Made by a program: the position numbers and the translations under genes
Notes under the pieces: model-generated
What the model was told of the DNA's origin: nothing
The model's database searches: none
What the model saw: the letters and a program-made list of their open reading frames with translations, nothing else
NCBI GenBank assembly: GCA_034530615.2
Contig: JAVRCV020000010.1
Span: 1-64,000, forward strand
Length of the DNA stretch: 64,000 nt
From: Aulosira sp. ZfuVER01
GTDB taxonomy: Bacteria; Cyanobacteriota; Cyanobacteriia; Cyanobacteriales; Nostocaceae
Direction: 5' to 3'
In this document: piece after piece, positions 1-10,500 of the stretch
Layout: each line of letters begins with the position of its first letter
How positions within the stretch are numbered: the stretch's first letter is position 1

Positions 1-304
1 GTGGATTAAAATCGGAGCTTAATCATAAGTCATTTTCCGAACATGATATGAAACAGTCCTGACCCGAAGGGGGGTTCCCCCCGTTGAGCAAACTTTTCAA
101 GACGGATTTTAGATTGACCCCATAGATAAATCTTGAGGCTTGTACCATCACAGAATGATTGGTCATTTGCTATATCAAAATTAGTACAGCTGGATAATCC
201 GCAGTACTTTGCGCTGACTCCGTGTCTCGCTGCGTTTAAAAACACCACGAATTAATACAATGCCTACTAAGTCTTTTCATTTTGAATTTTGAATTGCTTA
301 GACG

Positions 305-401
305 CTAGTACAACACGGCGTAAATAAACAGACCATGCAAAATGGCGCAAAAGCCCGGAATATCATTCTTTTGACTTTTGACTTCCGCATAGCGGTACTA
401 G
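305..401. mobile_element. 97-bp CTAG-bounded miniature element, copy 1
   Basis: Ends CTAGTACAACACGGCG...CGCATAGCGGTACTAG. A related 97-bp inverted copy lies at 33495-33591. Confidence 0.65.
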
Positions 402-895
402 TTGTCTGCGTAACCCTGGATATTTTCTGGCTCAAACTGACGTAAGATGCGGGTTGCTTGCCGAGTCAAAGTTTCAGAACCTTCAACTACTATGATGTAT
501 TTACCTGCATCCAAGCGGTTGCGATAGGGTAAAGCATCACCACCACCTGTCATTAAACCGACTCCGCCACCAACAAACACACCACCCATAGCGCCACTTA
601 TAGCACCCAGTATTCCCCCGACAATGTGATTACCAATTTCTCCAGCCCAAGCAAAGGTATCTAAACCAGTGATGAGGCTAAAGGTAAAACCAGCAAAAAA
701 GCCAAACGGTACTAACCAGAATGCCATGAGCTTTGCTTGCTTTTTGGCTTGCTCTTTGGGGTCGATCAAGCCAAACTCATCCGCAGTCTTGTAACCTTTA
801 CCGAGGATAGTACTTTTGATGGAGTCTTTTTCTAGAGCTAAGTAAGCAGCTTCAGCTTGGATACGGTCTGGTAATACGGCAACGAGATAATTCAT
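398..895 (-). CDS. Conserved hypothetical membrane protein (two Gly-rich TM segments)
   Basis: ORF track 398..958; the likelier start is MNYLVAV at 895. Hydrophobic hairpin FWLVPFGFFAG / IVGGILGAISGAMGG. Confidence 0.75.
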   Translation of the reverse strand: MNYLVAVLPDRIQAEAAYLALEKDSIKSTILGKGYKTADEFGLIDPKEQAKKQAKLMAFWLVPFGFFAGFTFSLITGLDTFAWAGEIGNHIVGGILGAISGAMGGVFVGGGVGLMTGGGDALPYRNRLDAGKYIIVVEGSETLTRQATRILRQFEPENIQGYADN

Positions 896-960
896 TGATT
901 TAAGAAAAGTGGTCTGGAAAAAATCTGCCTTACTTAACAGCCTACCAGCGCTAGTCAATC

Positions 961-1206
961 GATTTTGGATTTTGCGAAAAGTTGAGCCAGTGCGTTGGTG
1001 TTAGCGTAGCGGTGAGCCAGTCCGGTGGACGGGTTCCCCGGCATAAAGGAGCCAGCGCGTTGGGCGGCTTTGCCGACTTGAAGCGACTGGCGTGAACTGG
1101 CGTCACCCGTAGGGTAGCGACGTAGGAGCGTCGGTAGTGCGGTCTTGGGGAGCCACTGCGTTGTCGAGGTTCCCTCCGTTGTAGCAAGTGGCGTGATTTT
1201 GGATTG
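961..1206. repeat. Nested cluster of small dispersed repeats (GAGCCA...TGGCGT units) between GATTTTG heptamers
   Basis: GC-rich block with several GAGCCA(G/C)...TGGCGT units. Related inverted units occur near 40655-40700 and 47455-47610. Confidence 0.7.
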
Positions 1207-1222
1207 ATCCCAATCACCTCGA

Positions 1223-1600
1223 TCACTTAATTACATCCAAAGGCTCACAAAAATTGTTCACACCTTGTTTGAGAACATAGAGCAAAACTGGTACTGCCAA
1301 AATCTTAGGAAATGTCGGCATTGTATAAAGGTATTCCATCATCCTTTGAACTGAGCCACTCTGTAAATCGTCTCGAAATTCTTGTTCGCAAATCACAGCA
1401 CGCCACTTTCTAGCCAAAGCATCTAACCACTCTGAATTTGCTCTTTCTGGTTTTTGTCCCGCCCTAATTGCTAGGCTCATCGCCGCATCTTCTAAATCTC
1501 CCTCACAATCCTCAATTAAGTCCAGCACTTCCATTGCTGTGGCGTTATCTGTTAATTGAGAACGAAACTGTGCAATTTCTTGTGATGTTACTGTAGTCAT
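1223..1600 (-). CDS. Conserved hypothetical protein
   Basis: 125-aa ORF co-oriented with hgdD/kai, normal composition (IEDCEGDLEDAA segment). Confidence 0.75.
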   Translation of the reverse strand: MTTVTSQEIAQFRSQLTDNATAMEVLDLIEDCEGDLEDAAMSLAIRAGQKPERANSEWLDALARKWRAVICEQEFRDDLQSGSVQRMMEYLYTMPTFPKILAVPVLLYVLKQGVNNFCEPLDVIK

Positions 1601-1955
1601 AAGTTTGCGATCAGCCCAGTAATTAAATACTCAGTTATGTTATGCCAATTTCGATGGATTATTCACTGAGGAACTGGTTTGCAATTTAGAAAATTCCTAG
1701 TTTGGTAGATGAGTGTATATTTTTGCTATTTAAAAAGTTGATTCCTGAAAATATACTTATAAAACCCTATTTGGCAGCTTGCCGAAGATTTATGCCAGTA
1801 ATGTAAAATACTAGTCAACACTGGGTTTTCAGGGAGAAATTGAAATTTCTGCAACTGTCTGATGCTAAATATTGTCAATCCAAAATCCAAAATTGGTATG
1901 AGTCAATAGTCATTAGTACTCACACAAAGGAAAAATGACTAACGACTAATGACTC

Positions 1956-4151
1956 TTAACGGAATGCTCTTAAGGTAACAGAGCGTTGTAACTGAGCCAA
2001 AGCGCGGTTGTAATCCAAAATAGCCCGAATGCGATTACCTTCAGCTCTTGTCAAATCATTTTCAGAGTTAATCACATCAGTTTGAGTACCTACACCAGCT
2101 TGGAAACGCAAACGTGCTAGACGCAAAGCTTCTCTAGCTTGTTCTAGAGCTGCGTTAGCGGTTTGCACGTTCTGCAAATTAGATTGCTGAGTGGAATAGG
2201 ACTGTTCAACCTGAAAGCGGATTTGGTTGCGGAGGTCAGCAAATTGAGTTTCTGCGATCGCAATATTAGCTTTTGCTTGAGATGCCCTTGCTCTTGATGC
2301 TCCCCCATCAAACAAATTCAAAGTTGCCCTCACCCCTACCGAGTAACCATCAGTAACACTTATATCATCATTAAACTGATCGAAAAGTTGGTAGCTAGCA
2401 ACCAAACTCACCTGTGGGCCTAGTCCTGCCAAAGCTTGCCGACGTTGTTGCTCGCTGATGTTACGTTGTGCCAACTGTTGTTGCAGATCCGGACGGTTTT
2501 GAAAAGCTAGCACAATACTTTGTTCTAATGACTGGTTCCAAAGGCCAGCTAATCTTACCGGATCTGCTGCACTAATATTCACCGACTGTGGCAAACTCAA
2601 ACGAGCCGCTAATTGACGGCGGGCGATTTGCTGCTGGGAAATAGCAGTAGTTAAATCTTGTTGCGAATTTGCTAAATTAACCTGAGAACGCAACACATCG
2701 AACCTAGTTCCTACCCCAGCTCGCTCTAAAGCTTCTGCATCCCGCAAACTAGCCTGGGCATTCGTTACGGCGGACTGGGCAATCCGTACTTCTTCATCAC
2801 GTTGTTGCAGATTGTAGTACTCAGTAGAGACATTCAGTCGAATTTCCTCAGACTGATTCTCTAGAGCTAACTCACTCGAGCGTACCTGTTCCTCAGCTGC
2901 CCTAATATTAGCTTGCCGTCTGCCAGAGGTGTAGATGTCGTATGTAAGTTGTGCTTGACCATTAAAATTTGTCGTGCTGGGAGCAGGGTCAATTGGTTGA
3001 CGGAATGCAGGCGGTAGCCCAGCTTCTTGCTGCTCTTGGACTTTTACCTGATATGTATCCGAAATAGTACGCTGACGAGTAACATCGGTACTAATACCAA
3101 GAGTGGGAAATAGAGCCGCTTGTGCCTCTCGTAGCGCTGCTCGACTACGCTCTAGCTCCAATTGAGTTACCTGTAGCTGCCGATTGTTGCGTTTTGCTAA
3201 CTCCAACGCTTGTGCTAAAGTAATCGGCTGATTTCCTTTAACCGTGACTTCCTCTGGTTTTGTGGGATATTGCAGAGGATTGGGGTTGGGAATCAAGTTT
3301 TCTGGAACTTGCACAGAACCAGCAGGTGTGGGACTCACGGTTCCTGGTACTGTGGGAATCGGCACAGAACTAGCAGGTGCAGGAGTCGCGGTTCCTGGCA
3401 CTGTGGGAATTTGCACAGAACTAGCAGGTGCAGGAGTCACCTGAGCTACCAAATCCTGAGCAGTCATTCTTGTAGCACAAGCTTGATTCAGCATTAAAGA
3501 AGCTGTTCCTTGTTGTTGTGGACAACTGGGTATTTCCAACAGCTTTGCTGACCTTGTATTAATGATTGCAGATGGTAAAACTGCCTGCAATTGAGTATTA
3601 GAATTTTTCTTCTGAGTTTGGGGTTGCTGTGAAGCAGATAACAGCAAATTTTTTGGCTGGGAAACAAGAGGTTTGGAATCAAAGGTAGGAACGATTCTAT
3701 TCTCTAATTGCTGCCCAGAACTAACTGAGTTCTTCTGTTTTTGCTCTCTGTCAGCAAAACTATTCAAATTTGACTGCTGGGCAGGATGAGAGGTAGGTGA
3801 CAAACTATGAAATCTACCTTGATTTTCCCTAACTATTTGTGCTTTTATCGAACTAGTATTTTCTGCTTTTAGCATTAAGATACTGTGATGGCTTAAAGGC
3901 TTCGCATTCAGTGACATCCAATTACTAGAAGGTACTAAGGTTGGAAACCTACGGTCTGCCATGTAGGGCATTTGTTGTGTATTAGTAGCATCCGCAACCA
4001 AGGTTTGACCATAATTAGAAGTCAAAACACTAGGAGAAGACGCCAGTTGTACCCTACTAACTTTCACAGTACCAGCCCAAGCGGGCTGGGTTGTTAATAC
4101 TGCTACTGTCACACCAGGCAAGAAACTATGGAATAATTGCTGTCCTTTCAC
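1956..4151 (-). CDS. hgdD: TolC-family outer membrane efflux protein (HgdD-like) with long low-complexity N-terminal extension
   Basis: Signal peptide ending AWA. Two OEP repeats (AGVGTRFDVL, AGVGTQTDVI). Directly downstream of kaiC, as recalled for Anabaena hgdD. Confidence 0.85.
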   Translation of the reverse strand: MKGQQLFHSFLPGVTVAVLTTQPAWAGTVKVSRVQLASSPSVLTSNYGQTLVADATNTQQMPYMADRRFPTLVPSSNWMSLNAKPLSHHSILMLKAENTSSIKAQIVRENQGRFHSLSPTSHPAQQSNLNSFADREQKQKNSVSSGQQLENRIVPTFDSKPLVSQPKNLLLSASQQPQTQKKNSNTQLQAVLPSAIINTRSAKLLEIPSCPQQQGTASLMLNQACATRMTAQDLVAQVTPAPASSVQIPTVPGTATPAPASSVPIPTVPGTVSPTPAGSVQVPENLIPNPNPLQYPTKPEEVTVKGNQPITLAQALELAKRNNRQLQVTQLELERSRAALREAQAALFPTLGISTDVTRQRTISDTYQVKVQEQQEAGLPPAFRQPIDPAPSTTNFNGQAQLTYDIYTSGRRQANIRAAEEQVRSSELALENQSEEIRLNVSTEYYNLQQRDEEVRIAQSAVTNAQASLRDAEALERAGVGTRFDVLRSQVNLANSQQDLTTAISQQQIARRQLAARLSLPQSVNISAADPVRLAGLWNQSLEQSIVLAFQNRPDLQQQLAQRNISEQQRRQALAGLGPQVSLVASYQLFDQFNDDISVTDGYSVGVRATLNLFDGGASRARASQAKANIAIAETQFADLRNQIRFQVEQSYSTQQSNLQNVQTANAALEQAREALRLARLRFQAGVGTQTDVINSENDLTRAEGNRIRAILDYNRALAQLQRSVTLRAFR

Positions 4152-4254
4152 CGCATACCCTCACACAAAATCAATCTAGCGGCAGAAACCTTTTCTTCAC
4201 CACAGAATATAGCACGACACTAAATTAAGAAGAGAATATAGTACGATACCAAAT

Positions 4255-5817
4255 TTAGGAATCGGAACTCTGCTTATCTTCAAAACGTTTAACTATGCGA
4301 GAAAGTTCCGCCTTTTCATCGATACTAACGCGGGTAGGAGCACCACTTACAATTCTTTCATAATTCCGGAAAGAATCTTTAATTTCTGGGCCATCGGCGG
4401 TAATATTGTACTCACGGATACCTTTATCATGCCAAGATCCCCGCATTTTAAATACATTAATTGCCCGCGACATTTCACCACGAATTTCTACATACTGCAA
4501 CATCAAGATTGTGTCAGTAATTGTCGAAATATGAGAGTCAGTGATGGAATGTGACCCCATGAATTGGTCAGTTGTGTTAGTAAAAAACCCTGTAATTTCT
4601 TCTTGTTTTGCGTAACCCGTAACACCAATTACAAACTGTCGGAATGCATTATTGCTGACGCCTCTAGCTAGCGCCGAAAGGGAATCAATTGCAATTCTAG
4701 CTGGTTTAAATACAGCAATTTCTGACTTAATAATTTGTAGGTGGTCTTCTAACCCAGTTGATTCGGGGTACGTACAGATGATTTTCAGTAAACCTTGTCG
4801 TTCTAATTCCTCAAAATCAATTCCCCAAGAAGAAGCGTTGCGAGAAAGTTGAGCGCGTGATTCTTCATAGGCAAATAATATTGCCTGCTCACCATTCAAG
4901 CAGCCATCTTGGATAAATTTGCTGACTAATAAGGTTTTACCAGTACCAGTGGCTCCTGTTGCCAAAATAATCGAATCTTTAAAGAAACCACCACCACACA
5001 TTGCATCAAGGGTTTTCACACCAGAAGACACTCTGACATTAGAAGACCTTTGCGTCAAGCGCATTGCTCCTAGAGGGAAAATATTGACTCCTTCATTAGT
5101 AATAGTAAAAGGATACTCGCCTTTCATGTGAGTTGTACCGCGCAATTTGAGAATTTCAATTGTACGGCGGCGGCGTTCTCCTTCTAAAACGTTGCGAACT
5201 ATTACCACATTATCAGAAACAAATTCTTCCACTCCAAAAGAAGCAACTGGCCCATATTCTTCGCTACGTTCGGTTGTAATTACCGTAGTCACACTCAACT
5301 GTTTAAGCCTTGCTACCAAGCGGAAAATTTCCCGCCGCACGACTCCCATCGCTTCATATTGCTGAAATACCGCTGTGATCGAGTCAATCGAAACTCGTTT
5401 AGCCTTATATTTGCGAATGGCATATTGTAAACGTTCAATTAATGCCGAAAGGTCAAAGTTACCAACGATATCCTGACCTTCTGGATCTGGCGAAGCATCA
5501 AGAATAAACAATTTACCTTCGTCGATTAAACGTTGCAAATTCCAACCAAAAATATAGGCATTTTTGATAATATCGCTTGGTGATTCTTCAAAGGTAACAA
5601 ATACCCCTGCTTCATCAAAGTAGGTGATACCGTTATACAGAAACTGTAGAGATAATAAAGTTTTGCCTGTTCCTGAGGTTCCGCTGACTAAGGTAGTTCT
5701 CCCAATAGGTAAACCGCCATGACTAATATCGTCAAAGCCCTCAATCATTGTGCGGATTTTTTCTACACCCCCAATTAACGGTGTTTTAATTTGCTCTGGT
5801 TGCTCTTTTTCAATCAT
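4255..5817 (-). CDS. kaiC: Circadian clock protein KaiC
   Basis: Two P-loops (GTSGTGKT, GATGTGKT) and the phosphosite motif SHISTITD. Confidence 0.98.
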   Translation of the reverse strand: MIEKEQPEQIKTPLIGGVEKIRTMIEGFDDISHGGLPIGRTTLVSGTSGTGKTLLSLQFLYNGITYFDEAGVFVTFEESPSDIIKNAYIFGWNLQRLIDEGKLFILDASPDPEGQDIVGNFDLSALIERLQYAIRKYKAKRVSIDSITAVFQQYEAMGVVRREIFRLVARLKQLSVTTVITTERSEEYGPVASFGVEEFVSDNVVIVRNVLEGERRRRTIEILKLRGTTHMKGEYPFTITNEGVNIFPLGAMRLTQRSSNVRVSSGVKTLDAMCGGGFFKDSIILATGATGTGKTLLVSKFIQDGCLNGEQAILFAYEESRAQLSRNASSWGIDFEELERQGLLKIICTYPESTGLEDHLQIIKSEIAVFKPARIAIDSLSALARGVSNNAFRQFVIGVTGYAKQEEITGFFTNTTDQFMGSHSITDSHISTITDTILMLQYVEIRGEMSRAINVFKMRGSWHDKGIREYNITADGPEIKDSFRNYERIVSGAPTRVSIDEKAELSRIVKRFEDKQSSDS

Positions 5818-5903
5818 TGCTTGCTAAAAAAGGGGTATTAAACCCAGGTTTCCTTTTACTAATGTTGAAAGTTTGTCATCAAATGTTTTAACGATTAAAT
5901 ATT

Positions 5904-6218
5904 TTACTCTTCCCAGCCTTCTTCACTCAGTTCTTCATATAGTAAATCCAATCCAATCAACACTCTTTCTCTGTCTGAAAGATCGCCAATAATCTTGCGA
6001 ACTGGAGGAGGCAAAATTTTCGATAATGTCGGGGTGGCTAATATTTTATCCTCTTCTGCCAGTTGTGGGCTTTTGAGAACATCAATTACTTTTAAAGCAT
6101 AAACACCTTGAAACTCTTGATCTAAAATGTCTTTTAGTGTTTTTAATGCCCGTATTGAGTTAGGTGTGTTGCCCGCTACATATAGCTTGAGAACATAGGT
6201 CTTTTTGGCTTTATTCAT
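5904..6218 (-). CDS. kaiB: Circadian clock protein KaiB
   Basis: [14 protein letters not shown]...ILATPTL...[12 protein letters not shown]. Confidence 0.98.
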   Translation of the reverse strand: MNKAKKTYVLKLYVAGNTPNSIRALKTLKDILDQEFQGVYALKVIDVLKSPQLAEEDKILATPTLSKILPPPVRKIIGDLSDRERVLIGLDLLYEELSEEGWEE

Positions 6219-6322
6219 AAATTTACAGGCTAGACTTGAGGATAGAAATATAGGATGCGTTCGCGCATTGGCAAGTAATCATAACAGATGCCTTTGCCGA
6301 GTTAAACTTCGATACATTTACT

Positions 6323-6904
6323 TTATTTATATATCGAACACCTATAAGTTTCACACAAGTGAGCCAGAATATCTATTAATGTTAGACGGTAATCGAGTAG
6401 TGCTTCGTCACTTCTTCCTTCTAATCTCAGCTGTTTGGCAAATTCGTCAATTAACTCCATGTGAATTTCAATGATTTGTGGCACAGGAATATTAGCACAA
6501 AATACTGCATTGATAAATTTATCAATTTTTTCTTTTAAGGTTTTTTCTGTGGTAAAGTAATGTATAAGTATTTCTCGGTAATTGGATTTAATTTCTTGCA
6601 ACAAAGCTTCTCTGTCATCTCTATCCATCTGCTGAAAACTCTGGTGTTTTTGCTTATAAGATGCGAATACATAGCAATATTTTTCAGTGGAGATTTCATT
6701 GAGGTTTGAGAGAAAGCACTTTTTTAAATCATTGATATTATTAACATCAATTTCCCCAAAAGGTAGGAGTACAAGTTGGTTCCTGCTAGTGGCAAGAAAC
6801 AAGTTATTTATCCACCTAGTCAATTTTTGTTTAATGCCTAAGACTGGTTGATTATATAAATTTTTTTTAAGATTTGCTGGAAAAATTAATATTGGTAATA
6901 ACAT
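6323..6904 (-). CDS. kaiA: Circadian clock protein KaiA (short form; start uncertain)
   Basis: C-terminal KaiA domain EIHMELIDEF..QL.LEGRS..LLDYRLTLIDILAHLCE.YR. Lies upstream of kaiB. Confidence 0.92.
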   Translation of the reverse strand: MLLPILIFPANLKKNLYNQPVLGIKQKLTRWINNLFLATSRNQLVLLPFGEIDVNNINDLKKCFLSNLNEISTEKYCYVFASYKQKHQSFQQMDRDDREALLQEIKSNYREILIHYFTTEKTLKEKIDKFINAVFCANIPVPQIIEIHMELIDEFAKQLRLEGRSDEALLDYRLTLIDILAHLCETYRCSIYK

Positions 6905-7501
6905 TTTTGGTTTGTACATCTCCTTGATCGTTTTGACCAAGTTTAGCGAGCTGAGTTAGTACTGGATACACTTTTCGGCTCATCAGGGTATGTAGTTAAG
7001 CTGAATGCATCCGCCCCAAGAGAGCAATTGGTGACAGCCAAAGTGCTGAACACTCAAAAAGCTGATGCAAATAGTAAGCCATAAGACTTAATGAATTTTT
7101 GTTGAGGCGTTTGTTGGAGAGGGTGCTGTAGTTAGTTGATGATTTTCATATGTATATCTATCTAAATACAGATTTTTTTATTTAGCTCCTTGATAAGATA
7201 CTTAAACGAACTTAAAGGATTGTCGCATTCTAAATCATTATAATTCCTCAAGGTTCTAAAGCGAATTTTTAGAGCCATAATTGTTTTAGCTATCGCTATC
7301 GAGGAGGATTTTCAACACCAGTCAGGATACTGGTGAAAAATTGTAGCCAGGAATTCAATGCCGCACAGGAAATTACAGCCGCACTGAAAACAAGTAGACC
7401 CAAGTCAAGAGTTAGTAAAGACCAAGCCCATTATTTCAATAGCATTGGAATTGTAAAGAGAATTTTTTATAAGAGTCTTCTTAAAGGATTTTGCTTCAGG
7501 C

Positions 7502-10500
7502 ATGAGCGCCATCAGACCCAAAGGTGATGCTGAGTCGAGGGGCTTCCAGAGGAAGAATGACACCCGAAGCCTTATGTCAATGCTACAGTACCCGCTTTAT
7601 GACTTTCTAGCAACTGTGCCTATCTGCGTAGAAACAAGTACTCTGGCAATGGTGCTGGATATTTTTGAGCAAGAGCAGAGCGATCGCGTGGTGATAGTAA
7701 ATCAGCAGCAATGCCCGGTTGGGTTGCTGCACTCTGCCAGGTTAACCCAAAAATTGCTGGCAGCAGTTAGTGGCGATCGCATCAATTTACAGCAGCCATT
7801 ATCAAATTTTGATGCAGCGCTAATTGAGCCAATACAAACCATCCCCGCCGCTGAACGGGTGGAGCAATTTAGCTTGTTTTTGCGGTATCAACAAGCTCAA
7901 ATCAACCATAATAATTTAGATTGGGCGCTTATCGACCACCACGGCAAATTTTTGGGTTTGCTAGATAGCTCAAGGTTGTTGAGATTGTTAGCTCGGGAAA
8001 AAGTAGCAATTGATGCAGTGTCTTTTGGTAATTCTCAAGATTACACAGCGGACACCAGCAGAACAGATGTGGCAATGGCAACTTACTCGCAAGCACAAAT
8101 ACCAAATCAGCAGCAAGCATTCTATAAGCCACTTGTGCAATTGCTAGAACGGTTGCCCTGGCCTTTGATGTTGCAAACTGGTAATGGCGAGGTGGTGGCA
8201 CAAAATCCAGCTTGGTGGCAGCAATTGGGAGTATTGAAAGATCCCGAAGGAGTTAGACAACAAGTCGAGAGGATACTGGCCTCCACTATCGCTAAACAGC
8301 CAGAGTATGCCACACAAAAAGTCCAAAAAAATCAGTCCCATGTTACAGAAAATGGGCATAGTGTGGGAGAGCAACCCACACAATTCAAACTTCAGCTACA
8401 TCAAAAGGGTTCGTCTAGTCGTTTGCAATCTCCTGCACTCCCCACAAACAACCTACACGAGCAGGATGATACCACAGCGACTACATCCAGTCAGTGTTTT
8501 TGGGATAGTCAAGTAGGTACTTGTACCTGCATTGTCCAAGTGCAAAGTGGTCAAGAGCGAGTTTGGCAGTTTGCCAAAATTCCTCTAGATAGTCCCGAAT
8601 TGACAGCCCTGAGTGCTGAGTCAGAAATAACGCTTGCTACTCAAGAATCAGGACTCACTGCTAACGATTTATGGTTGGTGTTAGCTACTGATGTAACTGA
8701 GCAACAGCAGCTTTGTAAAGAACTGGCAGCTAAGAATGCCGATCTGATTCAATTGAATCGGTTAAAAGATGAGTTTTTAGCTTGCATTAGTCATGAACTC
8801 AAGACACCTTTGACTGCGGTGTTAGGGTTATCGCGCTTGCTGGTCGATCGACAGTTAGGAGAATTAAACGAGCGTCAAGCTCGTTATGCTGGACTGATTC
8901 ATCAAAGCGGACGCCACTTGATGAGTGTAGTCAATGACATTTTAGATTTAACCCGGATGGAAACAGGACAGATGAATCTGACCCTAGCCCCGGTTAATAT
9001 TAGTGCAGTGTGCGATCGCGCTTTATTAGAAGCCAAAGCTATTCAGACACAAACCAGTAAAACCAAAGCCTCCAACCAACCTCAAGTAGAACACTCCAGC
9101 GATCATCGATTCACGATCGCAATTGAACCAGGCATAGAGCAGATGGTAGCGGATGAGTTACGTCTGCGGCAAATGCTGGTACATCTGCTTTCTAATGCCT
9201 TTAAGTTTACTGAAGTCTCTGGAGAAATTGGCTTACGGGTGAGTCATTGGGAAGGATGGATTGCTTTTACAGTCTGGGATACAGGTATTGGCATTCCCGA
9301 ACACCAACAACATTTAATATTTCAAAAATTTCAACAATTAGAAAATCCCCTGACTCGGCAATTTGAAGGTACAGGACTAGGGCTAGTGTTAACTAGGGCC
9401 CTAGCACGCCTCCACGGTGGTGATGTCAGCTTCTTGTCTCGGGAAGGCAAAGGTAGCCAATTTACGCTGCTTTTACCACCTAGTCCTCCCAAAACAGGCT
9501 TTACTGAGCAAGATGAAGAGGAAAATCTAGAATATGAAGATATTGAAACAGTCAACACTGATACAAGAGGCTTGACCTCATCAGCGCGTCAGCGAGTCAA
9601 CACATCTGCACAACATCATTCGGCGTCATCACAAAGGTTGGTGTTAGTAGTTGAGGCTGTAGCTCGATATATTGAAGACTTGACTGAACAGCTAAAAGCT
9701 TTAGGATATCGCGTAGTGATTGCTCGCTCAGGCACAGAAGCCGTAGAAAAAGCCCGACGCCTGCAACCAAAAGCTGTATTCTTGAATCCCTTACTACCTT
9801 TATTATCAGGTTGGGATGTACTAACTTTGGTGAAATCCGATCCCGCAACTCGCCACATTCCCCTAATTGTGACAGCGACCGGGGCAGAAAAAGAGCAGGC
9901 ATTTGCCAATCGAGCTGATGGTTTCTTGAGCCTACCAGTACAGTCTCAAGCCTTAGCACCACTATTAGAAAGTCTATGTGCTACACCAACAATTCAGCAA
10001 TCGGGTTTAGACAGTAATGAAATTTCTGTTAGCCGAACCCCTCTGCGAATTCTGAGATTGGTCAATCCGGAGTTGGAATCAATTAATCCCCACTCTTCAT
10101 TGCGAGAACACCGAGTTATCGAGGTAGATGACTTAGATCAGGCGGAACTTTTGGCTAGAGTTTGGCAGTTTGATGTAGTTTTGCTGGATGTAGAAGGCCC
10201 CGCAGCCCAAACTTACCTGCAACAACTCAGTCAGCACCCCCGATTAGCGGCGTTACCATTAGTGACTTGCGATGTCGTCACTACCCTAGCAGCTTCCCAG
10301 ATACCTGGTCTATCTGTATTCCCATGCTTACAACCATTAGGTAAAGACAAAAATAGCAGTACCAGCAAACCTGATGCTTTATTATCGGTGCTGCAAATTG
10401 CCTCTGGTATAAGTTGTCCACCGAATATTTTAGTGGTAGATGTCACAATGTTACGGGATTTGCCACAGGGAAGACGCAAGTCGGTTAAGAGTTATCGCTC

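Noticed and set aside
30..248. 72-aa ORF at the window start
   Set aside because: Overlaps repeat-like sequence and has no protein family features.
951..1226. 91-aa ORF
   Set aside because: Translation of nested repeat DNA with no protein-like features.
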